Source: the human T2T-CHM13v2.0 reference genome, Homo sapiens
DNA: 64,000 nt
Assembly (NCBI RefSeq): GCF_009914755.1
Contig: NC_060936.1
Direction: 5' to 3' (one strand)
Shown: in pieces, positions 12,380-27,119 of the stretch
Layout of the letters: every line of letters starts with the position of its first letter
Numbering within the stretch: the stretch's first letter is position 1
The notes under the pieces: generated by a model
What the model saw: only the letters and a program-made list of their open reading frames with translations
Told to the model about the DNA's origin: nothing
The model's database searches: none
Made by a program: the position numbers and the translations under genes

Positions 12380-12808
12380 TCACTGTGCATTTTTCCCTGC
12401 TACCACAGGCCATTTGCGTGTGCTGCCCAGCCATCTGCAACACTCCTCTCACCTACTTGCTTGCCTCTGGCACTCCCTCCTCTAAACACACACATTTAGT
12501 TTGTATTCATCCTTCAGACCTCAGGTGAAGCAGCACATCTTAGAAGAAACGCTTTTTGAATCTTAAAGAGCACTCAAATCATTATAATATGCAAACTTGA
12601 ACTGTCATTTCTACAAAAGTATATCTTAGCTTGAAATTTGCATACATTAATATTAATATGATTAATGTCCCTCTACCCTGTTTGGCTCTAATCACACTGA
12701 CAGCAAGGAGTGGGTCTTTTATGCCAACTATTATATTACCAGCACTCAACATATGCATGGTAAATAGTAGGTGTTCAATAAATATTTTGTGACTGAATGC
12801 ATGAATCT
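12380..12808 (+). mobile_element. L2 3' end
   Basis: Ends 'tagtaggtgttcaataaatattttgtgactgaatgcatgaat'. Confidence 0.7.
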
Positions 12809-12944
12809 ATATTTGTCCCTGGCATATAATAAGCCTTTGTCACTCTCTCTTTCACATACACACACACACACATCTTAAATAAATATATCAACTAAACAAG
12901 TTAATATATGTTAAGTGAATTTATGAAAAAATTGTTTACAATGC

Positions 12945-13185
12945 TGTGTGGTAGAGTGGAATGAACATGAACTTTACAGTCAGGCATTTAGGACCTAACA
13001 GCAGTTCTTCAATTAATGGCTGCCTGAGTTTGGCAAGTTATCTTACCTCTCTGAGCCTCAGTTTCCTCATCTGAGAAGAGGATAAGAGCTTTGAACTTAG
13101 TTGTCAAAGTCAAATGAGATAACGTTAAAAAACTGCCTAGCTGAGTGGTGAGTATTCCGTAAGTGCTTAATAAATGGAAGCTACT
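12945..13185 (+). mobile_element. MIR, near full length
   Basis: 'ggcaagttatcttacctctctgagcctcagtttcctcatctg...aagtgcttaataaatg'. Confidence 0.85.
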
Positions 13186-13934
13186 GCCATGATTGAATTT
13201 GTATTATCATTATGTTAAAGCAGGGAATAGAGGTCAGTTTAGTTGAATTACACACACAAAAAAAACAGTGCTGGCTACATAAATTGGTTCAGTAACTAGC
13301 TGTAGAATAAATGAATAAATTCATTTTGAGAATCACTTGAAATCTGTACTGTGAACAAAGTATTTTTCAAGAGTATTTTACAACAACTCAGAATCCCACC
13401 ACTAGGTGTCGATAAATATACACTATAAAAACAAGACCTGGCTTCCTAGATTCTGAATCTGCCGTTAAATTTTCTTGTTAAAATATTAGAGCGCCTCAAT
13501 TATTTATAAGTAAAATCATGTGTATCATCAATCAAAAGTTTCCAACTATCTAGGAGTGTCTATCAAGTAAATCAAATTTTCACACTCTTTCTTGTTTTCG
13601 TTTTCTTTCCTTTTTCTTTTCTTTTTTTTTTTTTTTGAAAAATACTAGGAAACACACTCGCTTCAGCCTGCACCAACCAAAATGACTGCTCAAAGGCCAT
13701 TCAGCCCCTTTATCACTGTGGCTCAACTTTGATTTTCTTCCCAGTTCATCCATGATTCAGACTTCTTCTGTTTCAGGAGCTTTGCCCATGCGTTCTGCCA
13801 CCTTCTGCCAGGAATTACACCTGTCCCATCCCGTCGTCTCCTGAATGTCCAGGTAAAGATTTATTTTTCCTTTGGGTCTCAAAAATGTTTTATTCTAGTC
13901 ACCCTTCACTAGATATGGATTCCCTGTTACAAAC

Positions 13935-14890
13935 TATATTAGTTTCCTGAACTTACTGTAACAAAATACCATAGACTGAATGGTTTAAACAACTAAAGTT
14001 ATTTTCTCACAGTTCTAAATGATGGAAGTCCTAATGTTACCTGAAAGGGTCCCAATCCAGACCCTTAAAGAGGGTTCTTGGATCCCACTCAAGAAAGAAT
14101 TCAGGGAGAGTCTGTAAAGTGAAAGCAACTTTATTAAGAAAGTAAAGGAATAAAAGAATGGCTATTCCTTAGGCAGAGCAGCCCCGAGGGCTGCTGGTTG
14201 CCCATTTTTATGGTTATTTCTTGATTATATGCTAAACAAGGGATGGATTATTTATGCCTCCTCTTTTTAGACCATATAGGGTAACTTCCTGATGTTGACA
14301 TGGCATTTGTAAACTGTCCTAGTGCTGGGACATAGCATTGAGTGCTGTCATAGCATTGAGGACGACCAGAGGTCGGTCTTGTCACCATCTGTGTTTCAGC
14401 AGGTTTTAGCCAGCTTCTTTACTGCAAACTGTTTTATCAGCAAGGTCTTTATGACCTGTATCTTGTGCCGACCTCCTATCTCATCCTGTGACTTAGAATG
14501 TCTAACCATCTGGGGATGCAGTCCAGTAGGTCTCAGCCTTATTTTGCCCAGCACCTATTCAAGATGGAATTGCTGTGGTCCAAACGCCTCTGACACTAGA
14601 TCAAGGTGTCAGCAGGGTTGGTTTCTTGAGGCGAAGAAAGGAGCCCTCTTACCCTGGCTTCTATGACTGTCTTCTCCTCATATCTTCACATTGTCTTTTC
14701 TCTGTACATGACTGTGTCCTAAAATCTTTTAAAAAGAACATCAATCATATTGGACCAGGGACCACCCTAACGGCCTCATTTTAATTTAGTTTTCTCTTTA
14801 AATATCCTATCTCCAAATGTAATCATATTCTGAGATGCTGGAGGTTAGTACTTTAACATCAGAACTTCAGAGGAACACATTTCAGCAAAT
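13935..14890 (-). mobile_element. MLT1A/B-type LTR split by MER41A, itself lying within an L2 (~13690-15090)
   Basis: 'ctcacagttctaaatgatggaagtc|ctagatcaaggtgtcagcagggttgg' rejoins across the insert. Confidence 0.75.
14035..14595 (-). mobile_element. MER41A ERV1 solo LTR
   Basis: TG...CA ends, 561 bp; the minus strand starts 'tgtcagaggcgtttggacc'; lacks the tandem GAS insert of MER41B; 4-bp TSD ctaa/ctag. Confidence 0.85.
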
Positions 14891-15984
14891 AAAAATACAC
14901 TCTCACACACCTCAAAAGTTCTCAATACTATTTACTATAACTGCAATTATTGATATGTGCAAGTCATTAACTTAATGTCTATTATGTGCCTAAAATCTAT
15001 AAGTTTCCATAAGGGCAGGAACCACGTCTGTTTGGTTAAAGAGGTAACCTCAATATCCTGCAACTATGCTCAATGTCTAGTACATAGTAGGTTGTGTTTT
15101 TCTATTATTGCATTAATATCATCTTCTTTATTTTTATTTCCTACATAACTCCAATGTCTGGCACAAAGTGGCTCAGTAAATATTTAATTAAAGAAATATA
15201 TTTAATAGCCAGCAGCTAAAAAGAATGCTCTGGATGCTTTTTCCTTTTTTTTAACTGACTCCTTACTCTCATTAGCATGACAGCCCACTGAAGTGGCTAC
15301 ATATTTGGCATCAGCAAAGAGAAGAAAGTTTCCCACAGACAGATAGGTGCATAATAGTAAATTAGCCCCAGCCCAGGTTTAACAGTTGTACTTTGGGTGG
15401 CTTGATAAGAATAAACATGTGCCAGTTTATAGAAGCGGACACCCTACAGAGCCATATTCAGTACTTTCCTTAGTCCCAGGTACTGGGGCCTCTGTTCTGG
15501 CCCGAACTGCTCCTCTGCCAGCTGCAGCCCTCTCTTACTATGAGAAGTCTGTGTGGCAAGGGTACAGGACTATCTGTAAACCACAATCCCTATTTTTCTA
15601 GATCTCTGGCCAGGTACTCAAGACTCTGATATTCCCTGCCAAAGTGGCCCTCTGCTTGCTGCTGGGGTTTGCAGAGTCTTCTTCCCCAGATTCATTCTGC
15701 TGAGGCAACCTCAGGCCCAAGAGAAAGCAGGAGATTCCTCATGGTGTGGGACAGAGCCAGATGTGGAGAAAACATAGGGGCAGGACATGCAGGGTTAGGA
15801 GCACCCTTCTGATCTCGTGGCTTTGTCCCCCCAAATATAGGGGTAGACCTGGATGTCTTTGTATATTTTATACGCTGATGTTTCACCTAACACGTTCTAT
15901 TAGAACACATAGGAAAGTTTCCTAAGACACTATCCCAGGAATTCTTATGCCTCTGTAGAGTCATTGTTATTGAACATGTGCGGT

Positions 15985-16100
15985 GCCTGGAGCCAGACAA
16001 GCCTAAGCTTCAACATCAATTCTACCTCCACCATTTGTGTGACTTTAGACATGTCACTTAAACTTTCTGAGCTTTAGTTTCCCCAACTGAAAAAAAGGAA
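15985..16100 (+). mobile_element. MIR fragment
   Basis: 'ctggagccagaca...tgtgtgactttagacatgtcacttaaactttctgagctttagtttcc'. Confidence 0.65.
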
Positions 16101-16816
16101 GTTAAATCAAATCATATGTTTATGACAAAACTTTGAGTGTGATGTTTCCTGTTGCCCTGGAATTAATTGCCAGCACCCAAGGCTGAGGATGAAAGAGGTA
16201 TTATGAATCCCACATTTAAATGAGGCATCAGTGAAATATTCACCAACAATTAAGGCCAGATACCTCCCATAGGACATATGAAGAAACAGCCAAACCCTCT
16301 CTGCTACCCCATCATCACCCAACCTCCTCCCTCAGTCTGTTTCAGTAGAGTCCTGGGAAGAGTAATATAAAAAGCATGAGGAATGCAATAAATAATATAT
16401 AGTAATTGAAAAACGCATACACAGAAGAAAAGCAATAGGCGAAACACTGGCAAAAAAAAATATATGGAAAATAATAGACCTGGTATTCCTAATGAGCCAT
16501 AAAGTAAATGGCAGCAATATGAAATGATTAAATATAAAACGTAATTCTTTTCAGGCTCTTGCATCTATGAAGTAAGCCTTCCTTTTTAATCATGATGGGC
16601 ACGTGCACTAAGAGAAACATGGACCTGTTTTTAACCCTTGATGTTGAGAACACAGAGAAAAGGTGAAGAGATTATCAACTAACTGGGGAAAGCTATGTAA
16701 AAAGGACTAAGGAAACAATATTCAGGAAGGAGGAATACAAGAGGAATAGAAACAACTTTTTTCTCTTCTTCAAGTACCTGAAAGTGTGATCTTTTTCAGA
16801 GCTCTGTTGTATAGTC

Positions 16817-17113
16817 TTTTTTTTGAGACAGGGTGTCTTGCTCTGTCATCCACGCTGGAGTGCAGTGGTGCAATCACAGCTTATTGCAGGCTCGACCTCC
16901 TGGGCTCAAGTGATTCTTCCACCACAGCTTCCTGAGTAGTTAGGACTACAGGTGCACATCACCATGTCCAGCTAATTTTTGTGCGTATATTTGTATAGAG
17001 ATGATGTTTCAACATGTTGCCCAGGCTGCTCTTGAACTCCTGGGCTCAAGCGATTCTCCTGCCTTGGCCTTCTGAAGTGCTGGGATTCCAGGCCTGGGCC
17101 ACAGCACCCAGCC
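16817..17113 (-). mobile_element. AluJ
   Basis: 'ctcgacctcctgggctcaag' AluJ diagnostics; TSD tgtatagt. Confidence 0.92.
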
Positions 17114-18054
17114 TGTATAGTTTTTGAAAAAGACAACATTGGAGGAATTGAATTTCTTTAGCAGTAGTAGGATTGAGGACAATGATATATAATTATAAAC
17201 CAGAAATATAAAAGAACCTTTGCCATTATATTCTTTTGGCACTTTCTATGGGACAATTATCTATAAGCTAAAGTACAGAGCAAACTCTCTTATTACCAAG
17301 ATGAATTGGCTGGAAAAATGCTCTCATTGTAAGTTGTTTGTCCAAATTAGGTAGACGGTTTACTGATCAGAAGATTGAAATAGAGCAATTCAACACCTGA
17401 TGCTAGTGGAAATATTTCAGCTTTGTGTTCAAATCCTGGCTCTTACCTAGCAGCTGCACAATTTTAGGTGTCACTCGAAATTGCTGGGCCTAGTTCCTTC
17501 CCAGAAGAAAGAGAAATCACATTGTCTGCCTAGCAGACAAGTGTTGGGAGGGTAAAAAATGACTCCAAATGCAAAGGACCAAGATTGCATCTTGCAGAGT
17601 AGAAATGCTCCCTCTTTGCCAGTTATTCCTGCCTCAGTAGTTTTGAAATTCTACCCTACAAATAAAATGGGAAGTAGTACTGTGCCAATTATAGAACTTA
17701 TAATATTAATAAATCTTGACATATTAGTATCTTTTATATTAAAAACAAATTTCTAATTCTTATACCTTTAAAAATTGCTGTAATTTTACTTATATATTCA
17801 AAAAAGAGGCCTATAAAAGTCCAGTTACTAGTTTTTATTTTTATTTATGTATTTATTTTGCACTACAGATAGAATAAGCCATCAAATCTAGCTTTCTCCT
17901 ATTTGGAAAAAGTGAGTTCTCCTTTTAATTTGATTAATAAATAATTAAAGAGAAGAAAAATGGCTTTGTCACAGATACTCTCTTAAATTGATCAAGTGGT
18001 TACTTTTGATTAACTCAGAGGTTAATAACTGAAGGTTTTGCTTCTCTTTGTGGA

Positions 18055-18487
18055 TGTTGGTGGTGTTGCCAAACCCAGATCCACTGCACCTGCTATGGCA
18101 CCCCCCCATCAGTTGCTGAGATGACAGCTGTTCACAGCGCACACCTACCCCATCTCTGGAGAATTTCCTTCTTCAAGCCTGAGGGGTTATGTCCATCCCA
18201 CCCCAGCCTTCTACAACCCACAGCTAATGACAGGCTGACAGGGAGAAAATGGTGGAGCATTTGCCTCAAGGCAGGACCCACCATGAGGTGCAATTTATGC
18301 TCCAGAGCTCTGCTCCCCATGGATTGAGGCTGAACCTCCTCTTCAGCTGAGACCACATTCCTGCTTAGCTCCTTCCCCTCCCTGTCCTATTCTCTTCTCT
18401 TTCTTCTCTTGAAGGCGCTCCTTACCTAAAACAGCTCCACCTGAATTCCTGTCACAGGTTCTGTTCCTAGGAAATCCAACCTAAGAT
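18055..18487 (+). mobile_element. LTR16-type ERVL solo LTR
   Basis: 'gcaggacccaccatgaggtgcaatttatgctccagagctc...ggaaatccaacctaaga'. Confidence 0.7.
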
Positions 18488-19347
18488 GCTGGAGAAATGA
18501 GATGATTCGTGATCAATTTTATTTTTGTAAAACATTCTAAGAATGAAAGTTAGGATTCAGTTATAATGCAAAAAGAGAAAACACTTAAAACTCAGAGTTC
18601 TAAAACAATTTAAATTTCATTTCTGTCATTTGAAATCAGACAAATTATAAGAATTTAAAGGGAATCTTAAAATGTTGAAAGCATTCCTATTGCATTTATC
18701 ACAGATCAATAATGGGATAAAACAGAAATTTGCCACATAAAACAGCCCATTAAGTTTCTCAATGTTATTAATAACGCCATTAGGGAAAAATATTTTCCCC
18801 ACCTCTATACCCACCCATGCTTTTCAGCCTCTTGTTTTTTCTGTTTCCAAAGTTTAGAGAGAACAATGGTGACCTCCAGTGGCCAATAAGGCAATTTTTG
18901 GTCAAAACTCCCAAATTAAGTCACAGAGATACTGCACCCTAATGTTCATAGATTTTTTTTATAGTTTGCACAGTGTGTTAACCTCTATTGATATACTGTT
19001 AAAGATTTTAGAACTCAAATATCCTCTTTTTAATCACAAGCCTAAGGTAGAGTATCGCTTATAACACCATCCAAAGTTTTTAAAATAAACTGAGATTATT
19101 CCAAAGGAGTATGGGGTTTTAAACCCACAAATAATGAGAAAATTAAATGAGAGAAATTAAGGTTTTAACATACTAAATTACATTATTTCTAATTTCTATG
19201 GTGTTCTGTTATTGGGTGAAAATACATTTTTAAGTACCATGTTACAACTAAACATGAATAACCCATTGCTAAATACTGACCCAAAATACTACGTCTGATT
19301 TGCCTACTTTCATTTAACTGAAGAAATATGCAACTGAAACTAATGGT

Positions 19348-19486
19348 CTTTATTTATTTTCTTTGTAGAGACAGGGGTCTCCCTGTGTTGTCCAGAACGG
19401 TCTTGAACTCCTGGTCTTCAAGCAATCTTCCTGCCTTGGTCTCTCAAAGTGCTGGGATTACAAGTGTGAGCCACCATACCCGGTCA
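19348..19486 (-). mobile_element. FLAM / Alu monomer
   Basis: A single Alu left-arm-type monomer. Confidence 0.85.
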
Positions 19487-20375
19487 TAGCGCTCTTATAA
19501 AATGCATCATCACATTTATTTTATAAATTCAGAAACAAAAGTCTGTATAGAGAAGTTTTGAAGTTACTAGGGACCTGAAAATCATACTGAAGATGTCTGC
19601 AACTAAAAACTCGAAGAGTTCCGAGGCTAGAGGGGTCAGGAGATGAATAAAAACGTTAGCCCCAGCTGATCACAATGAGGTTAATCACAATACTAATTAA
19701 AAATACTACAGATCCTAGGACAATGGTCAGAAGAAGAGTGACTATACTTTCCTGTTTGCCCTTGGAAAATCGAGGGCTGACTTTTCTACGTGCTCAGATA
19801 ACCTAAATTGATAGAGAGAAAGCTAGCAGAGGATAAGATAAACTAGTTAACTGTAAATAAGATTTTGCTGTTGGAGAATCTTCTTGTTGCTCTGGTTTTA
19901 GATAGCGGAGGAAGCCAAAAAATATCTGCTTTAAGTTACCAGGAGTTGAAGTTCATCCCTGCTGAAGTTAACAGGTTGCTTCCCTTTTTCTGGTGTATTC
20001 TTACTTTACTGGCAAAGAGAAAATAAATTAATACCTTATTGTTAAAAGGACTGTAGTGGGAGAAACTCTTTTATAAACTAGGTGATTTTGTATGATTTTC
20101 TGATAGAAAATATTTGATCAGTTAATTGTCTTTAGACTCCGGATTTCCACTGGCCAAATATTGTTTATCTTCTTGGAGTGCTTTGGCGGGCTTTCTTTCC
20201 TTAGGAAATGAGTTGGAAAACATCAGTGATACTTCAAAGCCATAGCTTGAGGTTATCATCTGATTTATGAAATGACTATTTCCATCATTTATCAGAACAC
20301 AGAGTCCTTCCTGTGGAATTGGAATCCTAGTATGTAAATAAAATTGGGGAACTGCTGATTTTCACATCATTGTAG

Positions 20376-20730
<355 letters not shown>

Positions 20731-21065
20731 CAAAATGACAAGAGCCTTAACATCTTTGTAAGGTACGGGAGATAATTTGACGAATTTAACATTTTGGAGA
20801 TTGGGAAACACAACCTGTTTTTCTTAATTTATGTTCAGGGATATACTTTACCAAATGAGGTCATTAACTGTCTCTCTAACATGTCCATAGATTTTCCCCA
20901 TTTCTTAATTTTCCTTTCCCTCAACAACAGGAAGTCAGGAAAAGTGGATCTCATTCTCATGTGTCTCTGTCTTGTTATTTGAGCTTTGGAAAGTTACAGA
21001 ACCTCTGTAGTCTTTAGATTTCCCACCCCTTAAATGAGAATCATAGGTCAGGAAACCTAGACATT

Positions 21066-21101
21066 AAAAAATAAAATAAAATAAAATAAAATAAAATAAA
21101 A
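21066..21101. repeat. (AAAAT)n microsatellite within a MER5-like remnant
   Basis: Direct reading. Confidence 0.85.
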
Positions 21102-22333
21102 TTCTGATGCTGCCCTGAGAGATTCTGATGCAGGCGATATTCGTGAGCTTGGGAAATGAAGATATATATTTCTAGATAGCTGTCTAGGTGGTATCCATTA
21201 TGAGCCAGTCTTTGGCACTGCTGGGTAATATTAGATGATCTCTGAGGACTTTTACAGACTTATGAATATAAAGTCTATTCTTCAGTAATAGTAAATTTTG
21301 ATGTGAAATGGTTTTCTTACCTCAAGAATGTCAATTGTTCAAATGGTAACTTCCAAGTCATTATGCATATTCTTGGTAATATCAAATGTCCATTCATCTC
21401 AATGGGAAAGGAGGGAAGAAAGAATAGAAAAAAAATCAAATCAGTTAAACCTGGGTTTGGGGGACTGGCCAGACATTACACAGAATGAATTTTTGATTTT
21501 TCTTTAGTTGTGATGTTACGTAAATATTTCAATGGGGGGTCTCATCAGAATATAAATGGTATACTTAACTGAGAGTAACAAAGGGAAGTTTTACAAAAAG
21601 ACTATTCTGTTCAAATATGGACAGGGTGAAAGGAAACCAGAAAGTGAAGTTGCAGTCCCCTGGGGCTAACATCAAGGAGGAGCTATTAATTACCCTCCTG
21701 AGCCTAAGGGAAAAGAGGAAGGAACCATTACCAGGATAAAGAGATTTAAGGCTGCTCAGTGAGAGCTGTTTTGGTCACGCGACAAAGCCAACCTGAAGTA
21801 ATGTGACAGGAAAAAAGTCGAAGGACTGCATCCCTGGCCTTAATTTTCTCTTTTCCAGTGTGCTTTGGATGCCTAGTGCCTCCCATTGACTGATTCTAAA
21901 TCTTAGGAAAGGCAAGGGCTGTGCAATGCCTATGTAAAGACAATCCCCTGAGGGCACAGAGGAAGAAGTGGAGGGACACAGAGGGATAGGAGGTAGTTAA
22001 GCTGCAAAAAGACCCAGCTCTTCCCCAGTGGTTTCAAACCTCCGCAATGTGAACATTCTTCTGTAATGTTGTTTCTTGACTTATTCACAAGAATGCTTCC
22101 TATTTAGCTCCATAACCCAGCTCAGATGACGTCTGATCTATGAAGTTGTCCTCACCCTTTGCCCACAAACCCATCTGTGTATGACCTCAAAACCAACTTT
22201 TAAAATTGCTCTTTTCATATCATGTTATAGGCCCACATCTAAATTATTATTGAATTGCCCATATTTTCAATAATCCAGGGCAAAATGTCCTTGAGGATTT
22301 GGTTGAGTCAAATTAAGGGGTCTGATAGAATAG

Positions 22334-22708
<375 letters not shown>

Positions 22709-23213
22709 TAATGTCCATGTCACTAAGTTACCCGAAATATGACAATTCTATGTAAATGAAGGATTGCTTTCTTTTCATATACCACATTTTGAGTCATGAT
22801 TTCCTGTGGATCAATTACTGTTTTATGGGTAAATTCACATCTGCTGAATTTGGGAAGCCTCTACTAAATAACATTGGCAAACCATTTCTTAGAAATAATT
22901 ATTTTTGATAGACATATTTGTTTTTGTGACTTGACCATTTATTTCAGATACTTTTGAATGATTTTATTTGTAAATTATGGTTAAATGATATCTTGTATGT
23001 AAAGACATTAATGTAATACCTGATTTATAAAAAAAACTGTCAACAAAAAAGCAACAATTATTATGTTTGGTAGTGCTAACAATAGCTTACACTTGTAAAA
23101 CTGTAGTATTTTATGGCAATTTAATAGATATTATCTCATTTACTCCCATGAAGTAGATATTATCAGGACTTTCACATTATTGAAAAGATTGAAACTGATT
23201 ACCTGCGTTTCTC

Positions 23214-23327
23214 AAACAAGATTACATAAGAGAAAAGCAACAGATTCCACTTTCAAATTCAAATTCCAAGTTGGAAAGCTGAATTTGAAAGTGGAATCTG
23301 TTGCTTTCCTCTTATGTGATATTGTTT
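23214..23327. repeat. Fold-back inverted repeat (hairpin) within a MIR remnant
   Basis: Arms 23221-23261 / 23280-23320 are 41 bp with 2 mismatches, extendable ~7 bp; the loop contains ttccaa-g-ttggaa. Confidence 0.95.
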
Positions 23328-23823
23328 TTGATTTCCAAGTCCACTGACATTTCACTATATTGTTTCTCTACGGAGCAAATGGCTTGTGTACTTCCGTGCA
23401 CATGTTTTGTCCTAATATTATATTTTTTCTCACCCCTTTGAATTTATGATGCCCTAAATATGGAATCAAATTCTTCTCAGCCTCTAGAACTTAGAGAGTC
23501 CCCTGTAGGGGGTGCATGTATTGTCATGAGAAACCAGGTTATCTTCTTATATGGACCATTGTTCTAATTATACGACTCTTGAATTTTCTTGGCAGTTACT
23601 GCCTCTCTGGGTCTAAGTCTTAATTCATTACAAGGAATTGAATTTCTTCTCAATTTGGAGATCTCACTTGTTGTTGCCATCTGTTATGGCCTGAACTGTG
23701 TCCTCCCCAACCCACCAAATTCATATGTTGAAGCTCTAACCCCCAGTGCCTCAAAATGTGATTATATTTGGAGATATGGCTTTAAAGAGGTGATTAAATT
23801 AAAACGAGGCCATTAGGTTGGAC

Positions 23824-24461
<638 letters not shown>

Positions 24462-24525
24462 AACCCCTCTCAGATGTTCAAAAGGTGATGCTGCTTTGCT
24501 CTTTTGAGTCATAGAAACATAAAGT

Positions 24526-25058
24526 TGTGAGAGGAAAATAAAACTTGGGACCTCCAAATCACTAAGCCAAAGGGAAAAGTCAAGCTGGGAACTGCTTAGG
24601 GCAAACTTGCCTCCCATTCTATTACTAAAAAGGAAAGCTACTAAGTTAGAAAAGCTACTTTCCTCCCTCTCAAGGAATTTCCTTGTAGACAAAGGACAGA
24701 CAGAACTCAAAGTCATCCCTCTGCTCACTGAGATAATGTATATCTGATCGCCTCCTTTGGAAAGGCTGATCAGAAACTCAAAAGAATGCAACCATTTTTC
24801 TCTTACCTTCCTATGACCTGGAAGCCCCTCCCCACTTTGAATTGTCCCTCCTTTCTGGATGGAACAAATGTATATCTTACATATATTGATTGAGGTCTCA
24901 TGTATCCGTAAAATAAATAAAACCAAGCTGTTTCCCAACCATGTTGGGCACATGTTGTCAGGACCTCCTGAGGTTGTGTCACAGGTGCACATCCTTAAAT
25001 TTGGCAAAATAAACTACCTAAATTGACTGAGACTTGTCTCAGCTATTTAGGGTTCACA
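24526..25058 (+). mobile_element. MER4A-type ERV1 solo LTR
   Basis: 'tgtgagaggaaaataaaacttgggacc...gggttcaca'; TSD aagt. Explains the 230-aa ORF 24315-25007. Confidence 0.88.
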
Positions 25059-25859
25059 AAGTGTTGGCGAGCTAGTCAGAAAAATGGGGCTCTCTACCTG
25101 ATGGTCTTGCCATTTTATGAAAGCCAAAGAAAGATATTTCAAAGAGAAGGGCTGGGGAGTCTGTGAGTCACTATTACTCTGTTTCTCAGTGGTCCGAGAG
25201 TACTAATATTTACGTAGCTGCAGCTGAGTCACTGATGTGCAGCCCACTGGGTCCCTGCATGGTGCCCCCTGCCATAATGGGTTGACAGGACCATGAGGTA
25301 GAGCTTGGGAGGGAGGCTTGGGGGCCGCAGGGCATATTAAAACTTCAATAAAATCACTCTTGTAAAGCGACTGAGCCCGAAGGTAGTACAGCTGTTTCTG
25401 TTCCTCTTGCAATATGTCAATCAGACTGCCTCACCTGCAAAAGTACCTTTCAATTTTATTTCTTCCATCTCCTAAGCTCTGATTAGCATTTCAAGTTTTA
25501 CCAGAAGAGGAATCATGGGTCTTGGAGGCTCCCCTGTTTTACGTTTATTTTCTGACTCCCTTTTGTGTTCATTAGGTAATGATCAGTTTTCCTAATGCCT
25601 CATTTCACATTTCTTTTTTTCAGCTATACATCTTACAACATTTCCCTGAGGCAAAATAACCCTAGCCAAAATTCCTATAAAATGGTTTTGTATATATATC
25701 AAATCAGTATAAACAACATTATGATTTTAGACACTTAGCCCTTTCTAAATGAGTACTGACACTCCTGTTTATGTACCTTAAATGAGCTTTGGTACAACAG
25801 AATCCTTTTAAGCATACTCTTATTCTAAAAATTTTTCTCTGAATGTAAAGAATTCCCAT

Positions 25860-27110
25860 TTGTATTCATTCATGTGAATAAAATGGGAATAACAACACAA
25901 TTATTTGTTAAATATCTATCATGTTCCTGGTACTGTTTTAAATGCTGGGCGCACAGCAGTTGGAAAGATAAAATACTTGCCGTTGAAGAGTTTACAATTT
26001 GTTGGTAGTGAGATGAGAAAAGCCAATAGAAGTACATAGACTATTTATCTAAAGCAGTCTCTCTCAGTGTGGTCCCAGTACTGAAATCTGTATCACCCTG
26101 ACCCTGCATTATGAGGAACTTGTAAAAAATGAAAGTTACTGAGCTCACCCCAAAACTTTTGTGCCAGAAACTTTGGGTTGGGACTCAGCAGCCTTTGTTT
26201 TTAACAAGCCCTCTTGTTGCTTTTGATGCATACTCAAGTTTGATTGTTTTTGTTTGTGTTTGTTTTGAGACACGGTCTTGCTCTGTCACCCAGGCTGTAG
26301 TGAAATGGTGTGATCTCCACTCACTACAACCTCTGCCTCCCAGGCTCAAGCGATCCTCCTGTCTCAGCCTCGTAAGTAGCTGGAATTACAGGTGTGTGCC
26401 ACTGTACCCAGCTAATTTTTGTATTTTTTGTAGAGATGGGGTTTTGCCATGTCTCTCAGGCTGGTCTTGAACTCCTGGGCTCAGATGACTTGCCCGCCTC
26501 AGCCTCCCAAAGTGCTGGGATTACAGGAGTGAGCCACCATGTCCAGCTTTCACAATTAAGTTTGAAAACCACTGAACTACAATATAAGACTTAAGTGTTG
26601 GCTTAGTACAGGGAGACTTGTTTAAAAAGGGCTAAGAGAGTCTTGTGGGTTCAGGCAAAACTTCTCAAAGAAGTTATTTCTAAGAGGAGGATTGCAGGAT
26701 TGGTAGAAATTGGCTGGGCAAAGGGAAGGCGGGTGGGCAGAAATGAGAGGATATGCTGAATCAGGCTAGAGGTGCAAAATGGCAGAGCTTATTCAGAATT
26801 CAGGAAGGGTTCAGGGAGGCTGGAACTGCCATTGGTGGAGAGTAAGGAACAGTTAACACCTCTTATCAAAGAACAGGCAAAGCCTACCATCTATCACATC
26901 TGCAGGTAACAGAACAGTAAAAGTAACAGCTGCTGTTAGCAGTGACCAGTAGGTTTTTTCCATCAGGAAGGTCTGCAAGTCAGAATAAAGTGAGTGAGGA
27001 AAGAGGCACAGTTGTGCATGTGAAGTTAGAGGGCCTTTGGAGGTCTATCCATGCAGGAAGACAGGGAGTGAGCAGGAGGGACAACCCAGATAATACTAGG
27101 ATTCTCCTCA
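25860..27110 (-). mobile_element. L2 remnant interrupted by MER5A (~26053-26580), which contains an AluJ
   Basis: 'ttatttgttaaatatctatcatgttcctggtactgtttta' (L2); 'cagtctctctcagtgtggtccc...tttaacaagccctc...aagtttgaaaaccactg' (MER5A). Confidence 0.65.
26245..26548 (-). mobile_element. AluJ
   Basis: Full dimer with 'ctcctgggctca' diagnostics. Confidence 0.92.
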
Positions 27111-27119
27111 AGAGGATGA

